A DNA stretch of 64,000 bases from an uncultured Solirubrobacteraceae bacterium. Lineage in GTDB: Bacteria; Actinomycetota; Thermoleophilia; Solirubrobacterales; Solirubrobacteraceae. The DNA lies in contig CAWDVD010000002.1 of assembly GCA_963805745.1 (NCBI GenBank), positions 1,253,119-1,317,118 of the forward strand, written 5' to 3'. The translations under genes were made by a program, and so were the position numbers. Of the stretch, positions 10,327 to 21,248 are shown piece by piece; within the stretch, counting starts at the first letter, position 1; each line of letters begins with the position of its first letter. The notes below the pieces were generated by a model. It saw only the letters and a list, made by a program, of their open reading frames with translations, was not told where the DNA came from and searched no databases.

Positions 10327-13300
10327 GTGCGCGCGATGCGGGTCCGTATCACCGCTATCCCACTCCTCGCGCTCGCCGTGTTCCCCTCGGCCACCTTCGG
10401 GAGTACCGCCCACCGGGCGAGCGGCGCACCGCGTTCGCGCTCTCTCGGGGCGCTCGGGACACTCGCCGCAGGCGTCATGCGAACAAGGGCCCGCCAGTCC
10501 GGCATATCGCTGACTCCGTCCACGACCGAGCCCTATTGGGCGTGCCCGGATGGGCCCTGTGATGCGATCGTCGACCCGCGGCCCGTGTGGACGGGACACC
10601 AGTGGAGGCTCCCGGCGACGGGCGCGATCCTCGAAGGCAGCGGAGAACTCGGCGGCTTCGACCCACAGGACCTCCAGGCCGCATACCAGATCCCAGCCGC
10701 CGGGGGCACAGGCCAGACCGTCGCCGCGGTCGACGCCTTCGGCTACCCCGGCGCCGAAGAAGACCTGTCCAGATACCGTGAACGGTACGGGCTCCCTCCC
10801 TGCACGAGCGCCAACGGGTGCTTCACGAAGGTGAACGAGAGCGGCGAAGAAGCCGACTATCCGCCAGCCGAAGAAGAAGGGTGGGAGGATGAGAGCGCTC
10901 TCGACCTCGACATGGCCTCCGCGGCGTGCCTGGATGCCACCTCATGCTCGTCGAGGCCTCCACCGCATACTTGAGTGACATCGGCGAAGCGGTGAACACG
11001 GCCGCGCGGCTGGGTGCAACGGAGATCTCCAACAGCTACGGACTCCCCGAAGAAGAATGCGGCCCGTCCGACTGCGAAGAATTCAACGTCGACTACGACC
11101 ATCCTGGCGTCGTCGTGACCGCGGCCGCGGGCGACAGCGGCTACGACAACTTCAGGATCGGAGCGAGCTCGCCAAGCTTTCCAGCTTCCTCGCCATACGT
11201 GGTTGCCGTCGGCGGCACAAGCCTGACGCATTCCCATCGCGGCTCGCGAGGATGGTCCGAAGAACCCTGGTACCTGTACTTCGAAGGAGGCTCCGGCGGT
11301 GGCTGCAGCACGGGCGAGCCGAAGCCGACGTGGCAGCAGGACACGGGCTGCGCGACCCGTACAGAGAACGACGTTGCCGCTGTAGCAGCGTGCATGACAC
11401 CGGTTTCGGTGTATGTCGCGGAATGGGCGGACGCCTGCGGGACCAGCGTGAGCGCACCGCTGGTGGCTGGCGTCGCCGCACACGCCAGCGACTACGCGCG
11501 CTCTCTCCCGGGCGCGGACGCGTTCTACCAGGATCCGGGCGCCATCTTCGATGTCACATCCGGGACAAACGGGGAATGCATCCTGCCCGTGGAACAGGAA
11601 TATCTGTGCTACGCGGGGCCCGGCTATGACGGTCCCACCGGCGAGGGAAGCCCGCTCGGGCCACTGCTGCTGAGCGGTGCAGCACCGTCGCTCACCACAT
11701 CGCCGGCGGACGAGGTCAGCGGCGAGGAGGCGACGCTGAACGGCCGGCTGGACCCGCAGGGGCTCGGCACCACCTACCACTTCGAATACGGTGAAACGAC
11801 GTCTTACGGCACGAGCGTCCCGATTCCCGACACGTCAGCGGGCTCCGGCACGGCAGAGCAGCAGGTGAGCTATGTCATAACGGGCCTGCACAGCGACACG
11901 ACCTATCACTACCGGCTCGTCGCGAGCAACGAATCGGGCACGAGCTACGGCGGGGATGAGACGTTCATCACCGCGCCGCCGAGCGTGAGCCGCGTCCAGC
12001 CCGAAAGCGGGGCGCTGGCGGCAGGTGACGCCGTGGCCGTCAGTGGCACGAACCTCGCCGGCGCGATCGCCGTCGACTTCGGCGCCACGCCCGCCGCCAG
12101 CTTCAGGGTCGAATCGGCGACGAGGATCAGCGCGATCGCGGCGGCGGGCGCCGGCACGGTCGACGTGACCGTGACGACCCCGGCGGGCACGAGCACGGAC
12201 TCACCCGCCGATCGCTTCAGCTACGCGCTGGGTCCCGTCGTGGGATGGGGCAACAACGAACGCGAAGAAGGAGACCTCGGCAATGAAACGCTCGCCAACC
12301 CCCACGATCCCGCAGAACTGAGCGACGTACCGGTGGAAGTCAGCGCCGTGCCCGAAGCGATCGGGCTGGCTGCGGGCTCGCACCACAGCCTTGCGCTGCT
12401 CCAGAGCGGCGAAGTGATGGCGTGGGGAGAGGGCATCGACGGCGAGCTGGGAGACGGCACTCGGCGCGGCAGCGCACGGGCCGAGAGAGTGTGCGCGCCC
12501 GAAGTGACGAGATGCCCTGGCGGACCCTACCTCGACGAAGTGACCGCGGTGGCGGCGGGCGAAGGCTTCAGCCTGGCGCTGCTGAGAAGCGGCGAGGTGA
12601 TGGCCTGGGGAGACGACACAAACGGAGAGCTGGGCATCGGAGATCAGATCGGCAGTCGGGTTCCGGCGCCGGTCTGCATGAAGCTGCAGTGGCCGTGCAG
12701 GCCCGGCAACTACCTCACGGAAGTCGTGGCCATCGCGGCCGGGAGGTCCTTCAGCCTGGCACTGCTGAGAAACGGCACGGCGATGGCGTGGGGCGAAGAC
12801 GACGAAGGACAGCTCGGCCCGGCTTCGGGCCATTCGAAATGCAGTCCATCGAGGAACAAATGCAGCTGGAACCCCAGCCCTGTGCGCGGGCTGACGGAAG
12901 TGACGGCAATCGCCGCGGGCAACGAATTCAGCCTGGCGCTGCAGAGCAACGGCACCGTCAAGGCCTGGGGGGAAGGTGCGGTGGGCAACCTTGGCGATGA
13001 CTCTCACAAGAAGAGCGCCACGCCCGTTGCCGTCTGTGCGATCGGAGCGCGCAAGCCGTGCACGGCGGGCCTGGACGGGGTGAAGGGGATCGCGGCAGGC
13101 TCGAGGACGGCCTACGCGCTGCTCGAGAGCGGCGCGGTCGCGGCGTGGGGCTCGAACGACTACGACGCTCTGGGAGACGGCAGGTCCAGCGGCCCCGAAG
13201 CGTGCGACAGCGAAGGCCCCTGCAGCAAGACCCCCGTCGCGGTCAGCGGACTGAGCGGTGCGCGCGCGATCGCCGCCGGCGTCTGGAGCAACGTGGGACT

Positions 13301-13514
13301 CGCGCTGCTGGAAGGAGGCGAGCTCGCGACGTGGGGCTCCGGCTACGGCGGGCAGCTTGGCGACGGCGAACTGGGGGGTTCGAGCGTGCCCGTCCTGGTC
13401 TGTTCGCCGTACGCGTCCGGTCCGTGCCCGAGCGGGCCGTACCTCAGCGGCCGTGTCACGGCGATGGCGGTTGGCGGAAACCGGGCCTTCGTCAGCGTCG
13501 CTGCCGAGCCGTAG
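10327..13514 (+). pseudogene. Secreted S53 (sedolisin-like) peptidase with FN3-like, IPT/TIG and RCC1-repeat domains, split by a 1-nt frameshift near 10930
   Basis: ORF 10327-10974 carries ESALDLDMASAAC. The other frame continues with GCHLMLVEA, SNSYG, AAGDSG and GTSVSAP, then about 7 RCC1 repeats. One extra C at 10929-10930 would fuse the two frames. Confidence 0.75.
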
Positions 13515-13646
13515 GGCCCAAGGATTCGGCTCCTGCGTCGGTCGCAGGTCCGCGGACGGGCGCCGGACCGCCCGCGACCGACCTACGTCGCGCGTTTGCG
13601 CCATTGACCGTCCGTCCACTTCGGGGGTCGGCGACCGAGGCTCCCC

Positions 13647-15344
13647 GTGCCGAGCGCCGATCTGTCCAGCGTGGGTGCCTCCCGCCGGACCGAAGCAAAG
13701 AGCGATGTCGCAGTCTGCGAAGGGGTGCCGGCAGCGATCGCCGTGCTGAGCGAGGCCGGGTCGGTCGAGCGTGCGACGAGCGCATTCGTGGACCGGTTCG
13801 ACGTACGCGACGGCTCATTGACCTCGTGTCCAGACGAGGTCGAGCTGATCACCGCGGGCCAGGCCGAGCGCCTGACGGTGCTGCTCGACGGTGTCGAGGC
13901 GGAGCTCGTCGCGGTAGTCGACGCAGACGGCCGGCGCGCGGCCGTGCTGACGATCCCCACCGCGCGCGGTGCGGAGGATGTCGATCCGGGAAGTCCACTG
14001 CTCGACGAGCCTCTGGACGAGAGCCCCGCGATCGTCTGGCTGAAGGACCTGGATGGCCGCTACCTGCGCGTGAACCGCCGCTACGTCGACCAGCTCGGGA
14101 CCGATGCCGAGCGCGTGTGCGGCCGGACCGATGCCGAACTCACCGCCGCGGGGTCGATCGAGGGACTGCGACTGGAGGAAGAGGACACCGCCGTCGGGCA
14201 GGCGCTGCTGGAGCTCGAGTACCGGATCGGCGCGTTCGAAGAGCGCCCCGCGTTCGCTGTTCTGCGCTTTGCGCTGCGCGACGGCGAGGGACAGCCGACG
14301 GCCACCTGCAGTGTGGCGGCAGCGGTCGCTGAGGAATCGCTGGCACGCTCGGAGTGCGAGCGGCTGATGAGGATCGATCGCTGGGGACGGCTCGACGCGT
14401 TCGCGATCCGTCAGGAGCTACTCGACGAGTGGGGGCTCACGCTGGCCGACGGGAGCTCCGGTCCGCCTCTCGATCGTGACGACCGCGTCGCGGCGGTCCT
14501 CGTCGAACGAGACGAGGCGCTCGCGCTGGCCGCGCGGCTGGAGGAGGAGCTGTTGAAGGAGGATGAGCAGCGGGGCAGCCTCCGCGACGAGGCGGAGCGC
14601 GCCGCCCGCCGCGCCGACGAGCTCGATGGCGCCGTTGCGGCCGAGCAGGCGCGATCGGACGAGCTCGAGCGCTCGCTCGCTCGCACCGGCGCCCGTGTGA
14701 GTGAGCTGGAAGCCGAGCTGACGGTCGCCCGCGGGGAGCTCGAGGAGAACCTGCTGCGTGCGGAGGCGGCCGAGGCTGCCGCGTCCGCGCAGGAGAGCAA
14801 CGGCCTCAGGTGGGGCAAAGGCTCCCAGCGCGCCCTCTCGGCCGCGCTCGTGGGCCTCACGGAGTGGCGATCGGTACTCAACCACGCGGTTGGGACGCTC
14901 GGCTCGGAGGGAGGCTGGGATGCGACCATCGCGTGGTGCCGCGACCAGCCGCGCGGGTCGATGACGTGCAGTGCGATCTGGACGCGCGACCCCGCCGGCC
15001 TGGCTGCGTTCGAGGCGCGGACCTGGAAACACCGAGAGGATGCGTCGACCGCGGAGTTCGGTCGTGCTCGCAACCGGATGGCGGCGACCTGCCTGCTCGA
15101 GTTGCAGTCGGCGGAGGACCCGCTGCTCAGGGCCGCGGCGGCGGAGGGCATGGGCTCAGCGCTGCTGGTGCCAATCAGCGACGGCGGCGAGGCGATCGCG
15201 ATGCTCGAGCTGCTGTCTCGGACGGCCACCGCGCCGAACGCGGAGCTGATGGTCTCGCTCGAAGCGATCGCGCTGCAACTCGGCGCAATGGCACAGCTCC
15301 TCAAGCTCACGGACGTGCCCCGCTGGCGGATGGGGCGTCTGTGA
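13647..15344 (+). CDS. PAS + coiled-coil + GAF domain protein with no recognisable output domain
   Basis: PAS-like IVWLKDLDGRYLRVN, an E/A/R-rich coiled coil, and a C-terminal GAF-like SALLVPI...IAMLELLS segment. Confidence 0.65.
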   Translation: MPSADLSSVGASRRTEAKSDVAVCEGVPAAIAVLSEAGSVERATSAFVDRFDVRDGSLTSCPDEVELITAGQAERLTVLLDGVEAELVAVVDADGRRAAVLTIPTARGAEDVDPGSPLLDEPLDESPAIVWLKDLDGRYLRVNRRYVDQLGTDAERVCGRTDAELTAAGSIEGLRLEEEDTAVGQALLELEYRIGAFEERPAFAVLRFALRDGEGQPTATCSVAAAVAEESLARSECERLMRIDRWGRLDAFAIRQELLDEWGLTLADGSSGPPLDRDDRVAAVLVERDEALALAARLEEELLKEDEQRGSLRDEAERAARRADELDGAVAAEQARSDELERSLARTGARVSELEAELTVARGELEENLLRAEAAEAAASAQESNGLRWGKGSQRALSAALVGLTEWRSVLNHAVGTLGSEGGWDATIAWCRDQPRGSMTCSAIWTRDPAGLAAFEARTWKHREDASTAEFGRARNRMAATCLLELQSAEDPLLRAAAAEGMGSALLVPISDGGEAIAMLELLSRTATAPNAELMVSLEAIALQLGAMAQLLKLTDVPRWRMGRL

Positions 15345-15426
15345 GCGTCCGCGCCAGCGGGTCCGGGACGAGCCGCGGAGGGGCAGCCTCGCGCGCTAAC
15401 GTAAACAGCAAGGATCCATCGTTCGC

Positions 15427-16626
15427 TTGGATGTCATGCTCAACAGCCCGAGGCGGAACTTCCTCATCGCGGTCGCGCTGCTGGTCGGGCTGGCGGGCGT
15501 GTTGCCGGCCGGTGCTCGAGCCGAGCGGGCGCGAGCCGACGCCAACACGACCACCTCGCCGAACCCCGGCAACGGGCTCGAGACGAACCCGGAATTCTTC
15601 CCCATCGCGGTGTGGCTTCAGACCGCGACGCATACTGCCAAGAAATTTCACGAAATTGGAGTCAACACGTTCATCGCTCAGTGGGAAGGGAACACCGAAG
15701 AAGCTCTGCGGGCACTGAAGGAAGCCGGCGAGATCCTGATCACCGAACAGGAATCCGTTGCGCTCAACAGTCCGTACAACAGCGTGATCAAGGCCTGGCA
15801 AATCCAGCCGGACGAGCCCGACGACGCCCAGCCGAACGGCGAAGGTGGATATGGCCCGTGCGTCGAACCCAGCGCGATCGTCGCGGAGTACCACATGCTC
15901 AAGAAAAACGACCCCACGAGACCCGTCTACACCGGTTTCGGCCGAGGCGTCGCGGAACCCGAATGGCCCGGGCGGGGCCCGTGCACCGGTGACACGGCGA
16001 TGTACCCAGAATACGCGGAAGGCACGAACATCGTGGAGTTCGACATCTATCCGGTCAACCAGGGCTACCCGTTGAGCATCATTGCCACGGGTGTGGAAAA
16101 CCTTCACAAATGGGCGGGCAACAAGCCTCTGTTCACCGCCCTCGAGACCACGCCGATCGAAGGCGGGCACGGGCCGACGCCGGCTCAGATACGAGCGGAG
16201 ACGTGGCTGGCGCTGATCCACGGCGCGAACGGGATCAACTACTTCTGCGACATCATCGGGCCGACGTTCGTCGAAGAAGGCTGTCTGACCATCCCCAAGG
16301 TCGTCGCCCAGATGAAGGCGGATGACGCACAGATCGCGTCGCTGGCACCCGTGCTCAACAGCGACACCATCCTCGGCGGCGTCAGCGTGACGTCGAAACT
16401 CCGGGTCGACACGATGGAGAAGGCGGTCGGCGGCCAGACCTACCTGTTCACGGAGGCCGTGGGCACGAAGGGCGGGACGGCCACCTTCAACCTCGCCGGC
16501 TTCGGCGACGCCAAGGTCACGGTCATCGGCGATCACCGCACGATCACGATGTCAGACGGCACCTTCAAGGACAGGTTCCACGGCTACGGCGTGCACCTGT
16601 ACGAGATCCCCGGGGAAGCGGGCTGA
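15427..16626 (+). CDS. Secreted glycoside-hydrolase-like (TIM-barrel) protein
   Basis: Signal peptide, FFPIAVWLQ, QPDEPDDAQ, FDIYP, WLALIHGANGINYF and a C-terminal beta-sandwich. The family assignment is inferred. Confidence 0.55.
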   Translation: MDVMLNSPRRNFLIAVALLVGLAGVLPAGARAERARADANTTTSPNPGNGLETNPEFFPIAVWLQTATHTAKKFHEIGVNTFIAQWEGNTEEALRALKEAGEILITEQESVALNSPYNSVIKAWQIQPDEPDDAQPNGEGGYGPCVEPSAIVAEYHMLKKNDPTRPVYTGFGRGVAEPEWPGRGPCTGDTAMYPEYAEGTNIVEFDIYPVNQGYPLSIIATGVENLHKWAGNKPLFTALETTPIEGGHGPTPAQIRAETWLALIHGANGINYFCDIIGPTFVEEGCLTIPKVVAQMKADDAQIASLAPVLNSDTILGGVSVTSKLRVDTMEKAVGGQTYLFTEAVGTKGGTATFNLAGFGDAKVTVIGDHRTITMSDGTFKDRFHGYGVHLYEIPGEAG

Positions 16627-16713
16627 GCTGGGCGGGCTTCGGAGAAGCGGGCGAACCATCCCGAAATACGTAAGCACCGGCGTTCGTCGAGGGATAGTTC
16701 AGGCTTGTCGTAG

Positions 16714-17916
16714 ATGTGGGACCCTGATGACATGATCGTCTCGTCCTACCTGGGAAGTCACTGGCTCCGATGGCTAGCGATTGTGAGCTGCGCTCTGACG
16801 GCGGCGCTCACCGTCGGCTTGATGGCGGTCTCGGAAAGCCTGGCTCTGCCCCCGCCTAGGCCGTTTGAAAATAAGAGCTTGGCGATCGTCAACGGCGGCG
16901 TGCTGTGGTTCGATGAAGGAGCGCTGCTCTTGGAGGGCCCGCACTCGCGGATCAGACGACTCGGGGCAAGCAACTCGTTGCGAGACGACTTCTCCTCATC
17001 AGTGACCGCGACCGCGGCTCTGGTCGAAAACGTAGAACGGTCTGAGGAACCGCAATTCGTGGCGAGTGTCCTCCCCCGGCGGCTATCCGTAATCGCTCAG
17101 CCGCAGCGACTCAGCGGCGGAGGCTGCACATGGTGGGAGCCGTCCAGGCCCTTCGTCGTCGTGAAGGACGAGCTCGTCGCAGCCGGAGAATGCCAGGAAA
17201 TCAAAGAACACCCCGAGCGAGAACCGCTGTACATACGCAACCTGCGCGGCGGGCGATGGAAAGTTCTGCGTTGGCTCGCCGGCGCATCCGGCCCCGAGCT
17301 CGCTGCGGAAGGCCCCCTGCTGGCGGTCGGCGCTCAGCGCTCAGATCGACGGATGACGGTCTCAATCCTCGACCTCTCCACCGGAGCCATGCAGGCGAGC
17401 TTCGGCACTCCCCTTGGGCGGCTGGCGTTCGCGTCGCCGCGGCGGCTCGTGCTGGAGACCTCCGATCCCGTCATCTCCACGCGGCCGCAGCGGTTGGGGC
17501 GGTCGCAGGTCGTCAAGCTGCGTTTGTACTCCAGCCATGGCAACTACCTCGCCAACCTCGGGGCAATGACCGAACCGCTGATCTCAGGCATGCACATCGT
17601 CACCTACGAAAACGGCACACTCTCCGTCAGGAGTGTCGCCGGCGGCGCTCCACGACCAATCGTCGGCTTCGACCCCCCGGCACGCGGACTCGAGTCGTTC
17701 GCCTTCCGCTGGCCCGATCTCGTCGTATCCGAGACGACGAGCACGCCGCTCCTTCCAAGCGAAGTGCGCTGCTACAGCGGCAGCTACGGTTCATCGAGCG
17801 AGCCATTCCTGGCAACGTTCGACCTCGCTCGAGTCGAACCGTTCGACGCTCCACCCACGATCGTCCACGTGGAACCCGCGGTACCGCTCACGAACTGCGG
17901 GCCTGCACCTCCGTGA
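16714..17916 (+). CDS. Hypothetical secreted/membrane-anchored beta-rich protein
   Basis: 400-aa ORF with an N-terminal hydrophobic helix and no motif I recognise. Confidence 0.5.
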   Translation: MWDPDDMIVSSYLGSHWLRWLAIVSCALTAALTVGLMAVSESLALPPPRPFENKSLAIVNGGVLWFDEGALLLEGPHSRIRRLGASNSLRDDFSSSVTATAALVENVERSEEPQFVASVLPRRLSVIAQPQRLSGGGCTWWEPSRPFVVVKDELVAAGECQEIKEHPEREPLYIRNLRGGRWKVLRWLAGASGPELAAEGPLLAVGAQRSDRRMTVSILDLSTGAMQASFGTPLGRLAFASPRRLVLETSDPVISTRPQRLGRSQVVKLRLYSSHGNYLANLGAMTEPLISGMHIVTYENGTLSVRSVAGGAPRPIVGFDPPARGLESFAFRWPDLVVSETTSTPLLPSEVRCYSGSYGSSSEPFLATFDLARVEPFDAPPTIVHVEPAVPLTNCGPAPP

Positions 17917-18020
17917 CGCAACCGGTTCGATGGTGCCGGCTTTGCCCTCCAGGGCGAATGCAGTCCCGCGAACGAGCCTCGACCCGCCTCACGCCGTCCA
18001 GTTGAACTGTGGCCCCCGGA

Positions 18021-18035
18021 AGTGGGCGATCCAGG
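18021..18035. repeat. att-like direct repeat (copy of the tRNA-Ile 3' end)
   Basis: AGTGGGCGATCCAGG is identical to 26241-26255. Confidence 0.75.
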
Positions 18036-18056
18036 TGGGCCGAGCGATAGTCCTGC

Positions 18057-19868
18057 GTGGTGTGGGTTGCCGCATTGGGCGGTGTCGGGTGCCGTAGTCG
18101 CGGGTATGGGGCTGACAGGCGGTGCCGACGCGTGATCGCGGGGGGCTCACCGCGGTGCGATGTGTCGTTGGTCGTTCGCGGGCTTGCGCTGCTCGTGTGC
18201 GTTGTCTTGGCGCTCGCCGCCTCGGCTGCGAGCGCCGGGGCACTTCGGCTGGGCGAAGCCGACGACTTCCGGAACCCAACGGGTGGTTTTTCTGGATTTC
18301 CTTCTCAAGTCGCCGTTGGTGCCGAAGGCGACATCTGGTTCACGGAGGCGGGCCCGAGCAAGATCGCCGAGATCAATCCCACCACGCACGAAAGCCACGA
18401 CTTCGCGACCCCGACCTCCGCCGAGCCGGAAGGCATCGCCCTCGGACCCGAAGGCAATCTCTGGTTCACGGAGCGGCCCGCCAGCAAGATCGGCGAGATC
18501 AACCCCACGACGCACGAAATAAGCGAGTTCGAAACGCCAACCCCCAGCAGCGATCCGTGGGGCATCGCCCTCGGACCCGAAGGCAACCTCTGGTTCACCG
18601 AGTTTGACGCGGGCAAGATCGGCGAGATCAACCCGACAACGCACGCGATCAGCGAGGTCGCAACCCCTGGGGGCGAACCGTTCGGCATCGCCCTCGGACC
18701 CGAAGGCAACCTCTGGTTCGCCGAGCGCTCTGCGGGCCAGATCGGCGAGATCAATCCCACGACGCACGAAACGCACGAATTCGCGACCCTGACCGCCGAA
18801 AGCGGCCCGACCGACATCGCCCTCGGACCGGAAGGCAATCTCTGGTTCACCGAGTCAGGGAAGTTCATCAACTCGGGGGTCAGCAAGATCGGTGAGATCA
18901 ATCCCACGACGCAGGTGATCAACGAATTCGAAACCCCGACCGCTAGCAGCGGTCCGTTGGGCATCGCCGTCGGACCCGAAGGTCACCTCTGGTTCACCGA
19001 GTGGGAGGCGAGCAAGATCGGCGAGATCAATCCCACCACGCACGAAATAAGCGAGTTCGCCACCCCGGCCGGCTCCAGCGAGACGGAAAGTATCGCCCTT
19101 GGGCCCGAAGGCAACCTCTGGTTCAGCGAGCCGGGCGCAAACGCGACCGGCGTGATCGGTGCAAACGCGCAGCCCGCGAGCCTGGCCGGGCCGGTCGTAG
19201 CGGGCTCTGGCCAGGCCGGCACGCAGCAGGTTTGCGAGGGGGAGTTGTGGAGCAACTTTGCTGGCCAGCAGCCCTCGCTTGAAGCGTTCTCCTTCGATGG
19301 CTACCAGTGGCTGTTGGACGGCGGTCCGCTCGCCGGTCAGACCGCCCAGGCTTTTACGCCTTCGGTGGCGCAGGTGGGCCACGTGCTCTCCTGTCGAGTG
19401 ACGGCTACTTACCCGTTGACGCACACGACCGCGGTCGCTACGAGCGCGCCGGTGAGCGTGATCGCACAGAGCTCCGGTCCGGCTGGAGCAAATGGTGCCA
19501 ACGGCGCCAGTGGCGCCACCGGCGCTCAGGGGACGATTGGTCCGAGCGGCCCGGCGGGCAAGGTCGAGCTGGTGAAGTGCACGACGGTCACCAAGAAGGT
19601 CAAGGGCAAAAAGAAGACCTCGCAGAAATGTTCGACTAGCCTCGTCTCGGGGCCGGTGAGCTTCACGACCTCCGCCGCCGAGGTGAAGGCGACGCTTTCG
19701 CGTGACGGTCGCGTCGCGGCCACGGGCACGCTGCGAACGGTCGCTGGGCACACCGAGTTCCTGTCAAACAGCGCACGCGTACTGCCACCCGGCCGCTACA
19801 CCCTGACCGTCATGCGCAAGGCCGGCACGCACACCGCCACGAGCCGCCAAACCATCACGATCACATGA
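18057..19868 (+). CDS. Secreted Vgb-lyase-like beta-propeller repeat protein with an Ig-like domain and a collagen-like segment
   Basis: Seven ~42-aa repeats (IALGPEGNLWFTE...KIGEINPTTHE) and G-X-Y triplets (GPAGANGANGASGATGAQGTIGPSGPAG). The true start is probably ~100 bp downstream of 18057. Confidence 0.8.
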   Translation: MVWVAALGGVGCRSRGYGADRRCRRVIAGGSPRCDVSLVVRGLALLVCVVLALAASAASAGALRLGEADDFRNPTGGFSGFPSQVAVGAEGDIWFTEAGPSKIAEINPTTHESHDFATPTSAEPEGIALGPEGNLWFTERPASKIGEINPTTHEISEFETPTPSSDPWGIALGPEGNLWFTEFDAGKIGEINPTTHAISEVATPGGEPFGIALGPEGNLWFAERSAGQIGEINPTTHETHEFATLTAESGPTDIALGPEGNLWFTESGKFINSGVSKIGEINPTTQVINEFETPTASSGPLGIAVGPEGHLWFTEWEASKIGEINPTTHEISEFATPAGSSETESIALGPEGNLWFSEPGANATGVIGANAQPASLAGPVVAGSGQAGTQQVCEGELWSNFAGQQPSLEAFSFDGYQWLLDGGPLAGQTAQAFTPSVAQVGHVLSCRVTATYPLTHTTAVATSAPVSVIAQSSGPAGANGANGASGATGAQGTIGPSGPAGKVELVKCTTVTKKVKGKKKTSQKCSTSLVSGPVSFTTSAAEVKATLSRDGRVAATGTLRTVAGHTEFLSNSARVLPPGRYTLTVMRKAGTHTATSRQTITIT

Positions 19869-20199
19869 CCTGAAGCAGGCGGCTTAGGAGAGCGCCTGAC
19901 GGCCCGCTCCGGCTTCCGCGCCCTTCGGCACTCACCCCGAGGCTTGCGGAGTCGAGGAAAAGCAGCACTGCTCCGGCCCCACGCCGGCCGCACCTCCCTC
20001 GCGCGAGATACGAGCGTCCGCTGAAGTTCGCTCGAGACGCCTGCTCGGGACGACGAGCACTCGTCCGCGCTCCGGCGCGCCAGACGCTCGCTTGGGCATG
20101 GCGAAGGAGGCGTCTCGGACGAGCCGCCCGAGACTGCCCGTCCTCGTCCAACTCGACAGTCTTGTGCCGGGCGGACTCGCGCTCGCATTGCTCCGCTAA

Positions 20200-21099
20200 G
20201 AAGGTCTTCAAAATGGGTATAGGCGTCGCCAGCAGAGGATTGAGCAGGCGAGTGTGACGAACGCGGTGTGCATGTCGGGGTCGCGCTCGTAGCGGATTCT
20301 GAGCCTGCGGAAGTTGTGTAGGTCTGCGAAGCCGCGCTCGACGACCCAGCGCTCGCGGCCCAGGCCGGAGCCGTGCCCGGTTGCGCGTCTTGCGATCACG
20401 GGAGTGATCCCGAAAGCCCGCAGCAGCCGGCGGTGCTTGTCGAAGTCATAGCCACGATCTGCCAGAACACGGTCTGGTTTTCGGCGTGGCCGGCCGCGCT
20501 TGCCGGCGACCGGCCTTGAGTGCAGATCCTCGATCAGCGGGATCAGCTGGGTGACGTCGTGGCGATTGCCGCCGGTCAATGCGACCGCGAGCGGGATACC
20601 CGTCGCGTCGACCAGCAGATGGTGCTTTGAGCCCGTGCGCGCACGATCTACCGGGGATGGCCCGGTCAGGAGTCCCCCAAAAGAGCACCTATATGGCTGG
20701 CGTCAACCGATGCGCGTGACCAGTCGATCTTCCCCGCAGCGTTCAGCTTCACCAGCAGCTTCTGGTGCAGCGCATCCCACACACCGGCCTTCTGCCACGT
20801 CCGCAGCCGCCGCCAGCACGTCACCCCGGACCCATAGCCATACTCGCGCGGAAGGTCCTCCCACGCGATCCCGGTGTGCAGCACGTGCAAGATCCCGTTG
20901 AGCACCAGGCGGTCATCGATCGCCTTGCGACCCGGGTTACGCCGACGACGAACTCGAGCAGGAATCAACGGCTCGACCTCGGCCCACAGCTCATCAGTGA
21001 TCTCGAATCTCGAGGGCACCTCCACGACCTCCAATCCTCGGGGACACACCCCAAAGAGTCAAGACCCGAACCCCAACCACTCCATTTTGAAAGACCTTC
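20200..21099 (-). mobile_element. IS5-family insertion sequence, apparently intact (900 bp)
   Basis: Terminal inverted repeats GAAGGTCTT(T)CAAAATGG and a TAA target duplication at 20197-20199 and 21100-21102. Confidence 0.9.
20208..21049 (-). CDS. IS5-family transposase in two frames joined by a -1 frameshift at TTTTGGGGG (20674-20682)
   Basis: ORF A (ITDELWAEVEPLIP...WEDLPREYG) ends LLGDS*. The -1 frame continues GGLLTGPSPVDR...ADRGYD...RWVVER without stops. Confidence 0.85.
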
Positions 21100-21248
21100 T
21101 AAGTCGGACGCGCGCATGGCGGCTCGGCACGGCCGCGGGTGCGTGATCGGCGCTTGACGCGGAGAGCCGCGACGCTTACGATGGCGGCGAGTTCGCGGAC
21201 GGGCTCGGCGGGGGAGCCGGCCGAGCCGGACGCCGGCGAGGCAGACAG

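Noticed and set aside
18300-19130. Regular ~126-bp direct repeats that look array-like
   Set aside because: They are in-frame coding repeats of the Vgb-like propeller. There are no unique spacers and no cas genes, so this is not a CRISPR array.
19861-21200. A gene interrupted by the IS5
   Set aside because: Rejoining the flanks gives MRASDLAEQCERES..., with no recognisable motif or convincing coding character.
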